DNA of 64,000 nucleotides from a virus (Duplodnaviria; Heunggongvirae; Uroviricota; Caudoviricetes): IMG/VR virus record IMGVR_UViG_3300028146_000009, positions 25,850 to 89,849 of that record; one strand, 5' to 3'. Shown piece by piece: positions 59,301 to 64,000 of this stretch (position 1 is its first letter; each line of letters starts with the position of its first letter). The notes under the pieces were generated by a model. It saw only the letters and a program-made list of their open reading frames with translations, ran no database searches and was not told where the DNA came from. The position numbers and the translations under genes were made by a program.

Positions 59301-59469
59301 ATTTAAAAGATTCCATGGCTATATAAGAATCGCCAATATTATCAGAATAAACCCAATGAAGATTATTCATACCTTTATTTCTTTGAATCTTATGGTCCCT
59401 AAGTCTCATTAGAGTTCCGGTGCCAAATGTCATACTATGGATACTAGTATAATAATCCAATAATTTCAA
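59242..59469 (-). CDS. hypothetical protein
   Basis: 75 aa. Confidence 0.3.
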   Translation of the reverse strand: MKLLDYYTSIHSMTFGTGTLMRLRDHKIQRNKGMNNLHWVYSDNIGDSYIAMESFKYVDYEDAAMVPVKIFNKRK

Positions 59470-59472
59470 GTA

Positions 59473-59619
59473 TTATTTCACAATCTTTAAATGTCGTCTT
59501 TTTGGCTTATTTTTATATTTTTGCGCGGCATAATAAAGTCCCCAGCAAATAAATGCAAATAGAAGGAATATATACATGCAAGCTAAAGATGTTATTAAAA
59601 GCTTATTTATTAGGGTCAT
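59473..59619 (-). CDS. 48-aa single-TM peptide (below ORF-track cut-off)
   Basis: Hand-translated MTLINKLLITSLACMYIFLLFAFICWGLYYAAQKYKNKPKRRHLKIVK. Overlaps the upstream gene's 3' end by 17 nt. Confidence 0.25.
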   Translation of the reverse strand: MTLINKLLITSLACMYIFLLFAFICWGLYYAAQKYKNKPKRRHLKIVK

Positions 59620-59971
59620 CTTCAGACCATGTACCATTTTCATTTTGAATTTCAGTTTTTATATTTTTAGGATTCATTGATTTTTCAACCAATGCTTCTA
59701 TTTTGGTTATTTCTCCAGTCCTTTTAGCAACTTCAATCCTATGCCATGCTTTAAATTTATCAGATTCACACATTTTTCTAAAAGCCGATTGTTTATTTTG
59801 TAATTGACTACGGCCATCATGGCATCGTTCCTGCGCCCCAGATGCGATATGGGTACATATAACACCACTATGGGTTTTATTCTTTTTTTGGCCGCCATTA
59901 CCAGGACCTACATAATAAGACCAATTACAATCATTACCGGTAACAGAAAATAACAATTCTCTTTTACTCAC
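59603..59971 (-). CDS. GGQ-motif peptidyl-tRNA hydrolase (ArfB/RF-1-domain-like)
   Basis: YVGPGNGGQKKNKTHSGVICTH matches the RF-1/ArfB catalytic motif (SGPGGQxVNKTxSAVRLxH). Confidence 0.6.
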   Translation of the reverse strand: MSKRELLFSVTGNDCNWSYYVGPGNGGQKKNKTHSGVICTHIASGAQERCHDGRSQLQNKQSAFRKMCESDKFKAWHRIEVAKRTGEITKIEALVEKSMNPKNIKTEIQNENGTWSEDDPNK

Positions 59972-60467
59972 GTTTTAAATACTCCTGAGTTAATTCATTG
60001 GTACTTGTTACTATATTATAAACTTTCCCGTTACTATATTTTTGGGCACAAAATAACTCTAAAGATGAATAGTCTTCAAAAATACCTACTATAAACTCTT
60101 TATATGACCCTGAGACGATGGAAACCTTAAAAAGATACTTACTGCTACCTTTAAACCTAAAGTCCTCTATAGGCTCAATAGAGAGTTTTAAATTACATAC
60201 CCGTTTAGGATTAATAAGTTGGTAGTCCATGTTACTATATTGATCCTTGTAAAACTGACACCTTGGTCTTAAGTTACTATAATTTGTTACTATCTCTAAA
60301 AGTTTAAACTCAAATTCTGGAATCATCATGTTACTATAAACTAAGTTTACCAGACTTCTGGAAATGTTACTACTAAAATTAATGTACACAGAATTATCCG
60401 CTTTATTTATTAAAGCAAATACTCCTGACTCGGCGGTAGATTTTAACACTTCGAATAGATCGGTCAT
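59964..60467 (-). CDS. hypothetical protein overlapping an array of GTTACTATA DNA repeats
   Basis: 167 aa. The repeats fall in different reading frames (read as YSN in one frame, IVT in another), so they are DNA-level elements. Confidence 0.35.
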   Translation of the reverse strand: MTDLFEVLKSTAESGVFALINKADNSVYINFSSNISRSLVNLVYSNMMIPEFEFKLLEIVTNYSNLRPRCQFYKDQYSNMDYQLINPKRVCNLKLSIEPIEDFRFKGSSKYLFKVSIVSGSYKEFIVGIFEDYSSLELFCAQKYSNGKVYNIVTSTNELTQEYLKRE

Positions 60468-60577
60468 ACCTATAGTTGTTAGACCAATTAAATTGTTACT
60501 AAATCCAGTAGCGCGATTATAATTATTTGATTAAAAATAAACCTTAATTAAATCAAGGGGGGATTTTTGTTACTAAA
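60007..60577 (+). repeat. nine co-oriented copies of GTTACTA(T/A)(A/C) (iteron-like array)
   Basis: Copies begin at 60007, 60030, 60231, 60273, 60286, 60330, 60366, 60494 and 60569. Inverted copies TATAGTAA(C/T) sit at 61093 and 61192. Confidence 0.6.
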
Positions 60578-61218
60578 GTTCAATTATATGGGAAATTCAG
60601 TTGACAGTATTAATCTAATCTAACCCCCAAGAGCTACCCCCCCCGCCTCTAGGTATACAATATCTATATCACATGCAAGAATCATACCAATCAATCTCTA
60701 TGCAATAGTCATGCCATATAATACTGGTACATAGTTTGCATTAGCAAGAAGTATGCCTGAGCGATAGCGAACAGTGGTGGAGCGTTTCTGAGAGGGGAAT
60801 TGGGAATTAAAAATTAAGTAATACTTTAATTCATTCTTAAGTAACTATTAAACTTCTAATCAATTAAACCTATATATCAAAGCATCTTCCACTAAACTTT
60901 ACTGATACCTTAATATATAACGCTAAAGCATAGTCCTTTTATACTTATATGTTTTAATTCAATCCCTATAAGTTTCTCCAGTACTATTATGTCTATTATT
61001 GTTTGTAGCCGCGAAAATTGCTTATATTCGATCTGGCAATATTTTACGTTATTAGTGCTAAATATTGGGAAAATCTAGAACCTGATACTTTTAACCTTTA
61101 TAGTAATTATATTGATTTAAAACATGAATTAATAAATGAAATTGTTAGAAGATTTAATTAAAGTTTTTGTATTATGTGCCGAGAAGTATATTATAGTAAC
61201 AAATGAGGAGAAATTAAT

Positions 61219-61308
61219 ATGAAACTAATTAAACGCTTTATAAACTCATTAATTAATTCTCGACCAAAGATTAGCAATTTAAACTCTAAACTTGATTTAA
61301 TTGAATAG
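61219..61308 (+). CDS. 29-aa basic peptide
   Basis: Strong RBS GAGGAG. First ORF of the rightward operon. Confidence 0.3.
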   Translation: MKLIKRFINSLINSRPKISNLNSKLDLIE

Positions 61309-61318
61309 GAGAATTTCC

Positions 61319-61408
61319 ATGTTATTTATTAGTTTTGGAATATTAGGATTATTCGCGATTTTTACATTTTTGACCGGCATTAGCCTTTTAATTGACGCTT
61401 TAATTTAA
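61319..61408 (+). CDS. 29-aa hydrophobic membrane peptide
   Basis: RBS AGGAGA. MLFISFGILGLFAIFTFLTGISLLIDALI. Confidence 0.3.
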   Translation: MLFISFGILGLFAIFTFLTGISLLIDALI

Positions 61409-61422
61409 TATTGAGGAAAATC

Positions 61423-61488
61423 ATGAACTTAATTCAAATTCATACAATTTATATAAAAATACTAGAATTAATGCTAAAGTTTATTTAA
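61423..61488 (+). CDS. 21-aa peptide
   Basis: RBS GAGGAAAA. Confidence 0.2.
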   Translation: MNLIQIHTIYIKILELMLKFI

Positions 61489-61520
61489 ATTAAACCGAAT
61501 AATAATTAAATGGAGGAATT

Positions 61521-61778
61521 ATGAGCAAACACACAGAAGGTCCATGGAAAATAATAAATCAAGGGAAAAGTAACGACTATATTGTAGGAAAAAATAATAA
61601 AGCAATTACTCCAATTTATCGAGGAATTGCAAATTATGAAGCAAATATTCGTTTAATTTGTGCCGCGCCAGATCTATTATATTCAATTAAAAATCTTATG
61701 GAAGCCGAAGACAATGGCGGACCATTATGGATCGAAGTTAAAAAGGCTATTACCAAAGCTGAAGGAGATAATAAATGA
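61521..61778 (+). CDS. hypothetical early protein
   Basis: 85 aa. RBS GGAGGAA. Confidence 0.45.
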   Translation: MSKHTEGPWKIINQGKSNDYIVGKNNKAITPIYRGIANYEANIRLICAAPDLLYSIKNLMEAEDNGGPLWIEVKKAITKAEGDNK

Positions 61779-61942
61779 GTAACATCAAAAAACCCGCGCC
61801 ATTAAAAGAAATTAAACCAATTAAGCGCGAATGCTTAAAATGCTCTAAAAAATTCCTAAGTGAAGGAATTCATAATAGATTATGCTGGAATTGTAATAAT
61901 TCTAATACAAACTTAGCTGATTTAATGGAGAGAATTGTATGA
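61775..61942 (+). CDS. zinc-ribbon small protein (55 aa)
   Basis: CLKCS...CWNC. ATGA-coupled. Confidence 0.4.
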   Translation: MSNIKKPAPLKEIKPIKRECLKCSKKFLSEGIHNRLCWNCNNSNTNLADLMERIV

Positions 61943-62076
61943 ATAAATCGAATAAAAAACTAAATATTGATTTAATAGATTTTTCAGTAATATGTATTGA
62001 AATTTGTGAAGAATTGCCAGCCGCGCGAAAAGAACTAAAAAAACGTATTAATTTATTAAAATTGGAAGTAATATGA
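61939..62076 (+). CDS. 45-aa small protein
   Basis: ATGA-coupled on both sides. Confidence 0.3.
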   Translation: MNKSNKKLNIDLIDFSVICIEICEELPAARKELKKRINLLKLEVI

Positions 62077-62327
62077 CTGAATTAGAATTTAAAGAACATA
62101 TGGCTAAATTAGATGCTGAAATTGCTAAATATTATATTGATTTGTCGCCCGAAAAACTTCTCGGACCCCAATTTGATGCCACATTAGACGCATTTATAGC
62201 CCATCCTGAGCCCGAAACTGTATTAGGACCTAATGTCCTAAGTTTTGATCAAAATAAACGCCGCAGGGCTATTAATCATCGAATTTATCAAAATGACGCA
62301 CAATTAATAGAATTAAGGAGAAAATGA
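62073..62327 (+). CDS. hypothetical early protein
   Basis: 84 aa. Confidence 0.45.
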   Translation: MTELEFKEHMAKLDAEIAKYYIDLSPEKLLGPQFDATLDAFIAHPEPETVLGPNVLSFDQNKRRRAINHRIYQNDAQLIELRRK

Positions 62328-62632
62328 ATATGAAATTTAAAAATATTATTTTTAGTCGTAAATTTAATTTTCCTAATAGTTTATTATCTGATGAAATCAA
62401 AAATAAGGAAGGAAGCCAAACTTTATTTCTAACTTTAACAGATGAAACAAATGGTTATGCTATTTTTAGAACAGTAATAACTTATAGATATAAATATGAT
62501 GATAATCCAGATGAAGAAACAACATTAGTTAATTTCCATTTTGATTATACGGGAAAAGATAAAGATGATTATATCGAAGAAACTTTAAAACTTTTTAATA
62601 TGGAGAAAAAAACACTAGAAAGTTTAAAATAA
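62324..62632 (+). CDS. hypothetical early protein
   Basis: 102 aa. Confidence 0.45.
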   Translation: MNMKFKNIIFSRKFNFPNSLLSDEIKNKEGSQTLFLTLTDETNGYAIFRTVITYRYKYDDNPDEETTLVNFHFDYTGKDKDDYIEETLKLFNMEKKTLESLK

Positions 62633-62684
62633 AGCTTAAGTTTTTTACAAGACCACCGATAAGTTATATGAAAGTGAGGAATAT

Positions 62685-62807
62685 ATGTATAAATTTAAAA
62701 TTGTTTATGAAAATGGAATAACCGAAACAATTAGAGCTTCAAGCCCAAAGCACGCAGAATCATTAGCGGTAAAAGGAATTGTACGATTTATGAAATGGGT
62801 AAGGTGA
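62685..62807 (+). CDS. 40-aa small protein
   Basis: RBS GAGGA six nt upstream. Confidence 0.3.
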   Translation: MYKFKIVYENGITETIRASSPKHAESLAVKGIVRFMKWVR

Positions 62808-63118
62808 ATTTATGCTTGAATTGATTTTAATCGTTGGATGTTTAGTAACCGGACATTGGATTATAGCATTGGGAATTTTCCTCATATGCTAGTAAGGTAC
62901 GATTTTTCTATGTTAAAACACATACTAATGGAAAAATCTCATTTAATAACTGCTAAAAAAATTCGAAAATTTCCCTTAAGAAAAACAATAACCTCCTGTA
63001 TTCACAGGATTTTGACTCTCCAATTTCTTATGTTTTAGCTAAGAATATCACATAAAAGTTACAAAGTAAATAGGAAAAATACGCCGACAAATATGTATAG
63101 TAACAAAAAGGAGTAAAT

Positions 63119-63448
63119 ATGTATCAAACAATTAATGGATGGACAAAAAATAAAATGATTCAGTATATTAAAGATAATTTTAAAGGTAAAAGCTATAATG
63201 AATTTGGTAAATGTCTTTATCGCGGGCCTGAAGGTAAAAAATGTGCCGCAGGGCTTTTTATTCCTGATGAAAAATATAATGAAAGAATGGAAAATAAATC
63301 AGCGGGTTCATTAGTGAAAAATTGGAGTATTGAATTTCCTTTGAAAGAAACAGCCATGGACTCATTACAGCAAGTTCATGATGAATCAAAAGAAGATGAA
63401 ACGCTAAATAATATGATTTCTTGGATTAAAAGAAATGTGGAGGATTAA
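63119..63448 (+). CDS. hypothetical protein
   Basis: 109 aa. RBS AAGGAG. Confidence 0.45.
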   Translation: MYQTINGWTKNKMIQYIKDNFKGKSYNEFGKCLYRGPEGKKCAAGLFIPDEKYNERMENKSAGSLVKNWSIEFPLKETAMDSLQQVHDESKEDETLNNMISWIKRNVED

Positions 63449-63591
63449 TGAATCTAAGTAAATGGGCAACAATGCTGATTTTAGAAAAACTTATTAAAGA
63501 TTTTGAGGATTCTACCGATAAAGATATAAGAAAAGAAGCTGAGATTAAAGCATTTCAATTTCATTTAAGGAGTTTTGAAAATGGCTTATAA
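63448..63591 (+). CDS. 47-aa small protein
   Basis: TAATG coupling. RBS of the next gene lies within it. Confidence 0.3.
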   Translation: MNLSKWATMLILEKLIKDFEDSTDKDIRKEAEIKAFQFHLRSFENGL

Positions 63592-64000
63592 AGAAATTAC
63601 AATTACAACTCAAAAAGAATTAGATGCAATTAAAGGTGATTTTAAAGAATTTACGTATATTTATATTAGAAGTACCGAAAAAATTTATGTGACCAAAAAG
63701 TGGGGAAACTCCTCAGTTGAAGCGTGGGAAAACTCCTCAGTTGAAGCGTGGGGAAACTCCTCGGTTGTAGCGCGGGAAAACTCCTCAGTTGAAGCGCGGG
63801 AAAACTCCTCGGTTGAAGCGTGGGGAAACTCCTCAGTTGTAGCGCGGGGAAACTCCTCAGTTGAAGCGCGGGGAAACTCCTCAGTTGAAGCGTGGGAAAA
63901 CTCCTCAGTTGAAGCGTGGGAAAACTCCTCGGTTGTAGCGCGGGAAAACTCCTCAGTTGAAGCGTGGGGAAACTCCTCAGTTGAAGCGCGGGAAAACTCC
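63581..64000 (+). CDS. octapeptide-repeat protein (5' partial; runs off window)
   Basis: RBS AAGGAG. MAYKEITITTQKELDAIKGDFKEFTYIYIRSTEKIYVTKK, then at least 12 repeats of (W/R)(G/E)NSSV(E/V)A. Confidence 0.5.
   Translation, partial: MAYKEITITTQKELDAIKGDFKEFTYIYIRSTEKIYVTKKWGNSSVEAWENSSVEAWGNSSVVARENSSVEARENSSVEAWGNSSVVARGNSSVEARGNSSVEAWENSSVEAWENSSVVARENSSVEAWGNSSVEARENS
63701..64000 (+). repeat. 24-bp tandem repeat TGGGGAAACTCCTCAGTTGAAGCG x 12.5, continuing beyond window
   Basis: Perfect 24-nt periodicity. Variation is limited to T/C at unit position 1, G/A at 5, A/G at 15 and A/T at 20. Confidence 0.85.

Noticed and set aside
62838-63038. ORF 62838..63038 (66 aa).
   Set aside because: It has no RBS and an odd composition. 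It overlaps a 25-aa hydrophobic ORF (62812..62889) that has a GGTGA RBS. Neither is convincing, so neither was listed as a feature.
63701-64000. The 24-bp tandem array, considered as a possible CRISPR array or a DGR target.
   Set aside because: It has no unique spacers. Units are contiguous and in-frame within an ORF. No reverse transcriptase or template repeat is present in the window, and the variable positions are not adenine-specific.
1-64000. Search for tRNA/tmRNA genes, for example GTTCRANYC T-loops in ORF-free gaps such as 60468-61218.
   Set aside because: No cloverleaf-compatible T-loop or acceptor pairing was found by eye. Infernal or tRNAscan would be needed to be sure.

Overview
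This 64-kb window looks like one contiguous stretch of an AT-rich tailed dsDNA phage genome (Caudoviricetes). There are no rRNA, tRNA or CRISPR features. Several hallmarks are T4-like: a gp17-like large terminase (Walker A SRRNGKT), a T4 PseT-like polynucleotide kinase/3'-phosphatase, and freestanding GIY-YIG and HNH endonucleases.

Layout:
- 1-4650 (+): secreted/membrane proteins, including a trypsin-like protease and two lipoproteins.
- 4651-28677 (-): virion block with Q/N/G-rich low-complexity proteins, a 1799-aa repeat-bearing fibre or spike, two more fibres, then inorganic pyrophosphatase and a DprA/SLOG-like protein.
- 28739-36370 (+): accessory island with Pnk, a PRPP-synthetase-fold protein (Prs/Adps-like), a macro-like protein, an SPFH/band-7 protein and nicotinamide phosphoribosyltransferase (NadV/Namat-like). 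This reads as an NAD+ reconstitution, RNA repair and anti-defence module.
- 36367-56059 (-): head and packaging block with a GIY-YIG HE, major capsid protein, paralogous decoration-like proteins, a scaffold-like protein, two glycine-rich paralogs, a GIY-YIG/NUMOD3 HE, a 1228-aa fibre, a portal protein carrying a 349-aa LAGLIDADG intein, and terminase.
- 56330-60467: mixed small genes, including a metallophosphoesterase, an HNH-like protein, a KTSC-domain protein and a GGQ-motif (ArfB-like) peptidyl-tRNA hydrolase.
- 60468-61218: a ~0.75-kb noncoding strand-switch region, flanked on its left by nine co-oriented GTTACTATA repeats.
- 61219-64000 (+): early-type small-gene operon with ATGA coupling, ending in a 24-bp tandem-repeat gene that runs off the window.

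Non-coding signals:
- Intrinsic terminators after the capsid gene and its neighbours.
- A recurring minus-strand intergenic motif TTTAACAACT, a candidate phage-specific promoter.
- A ~50-aa ISGSNSTPSIDG module shared between head-proximal and fibre proteins.
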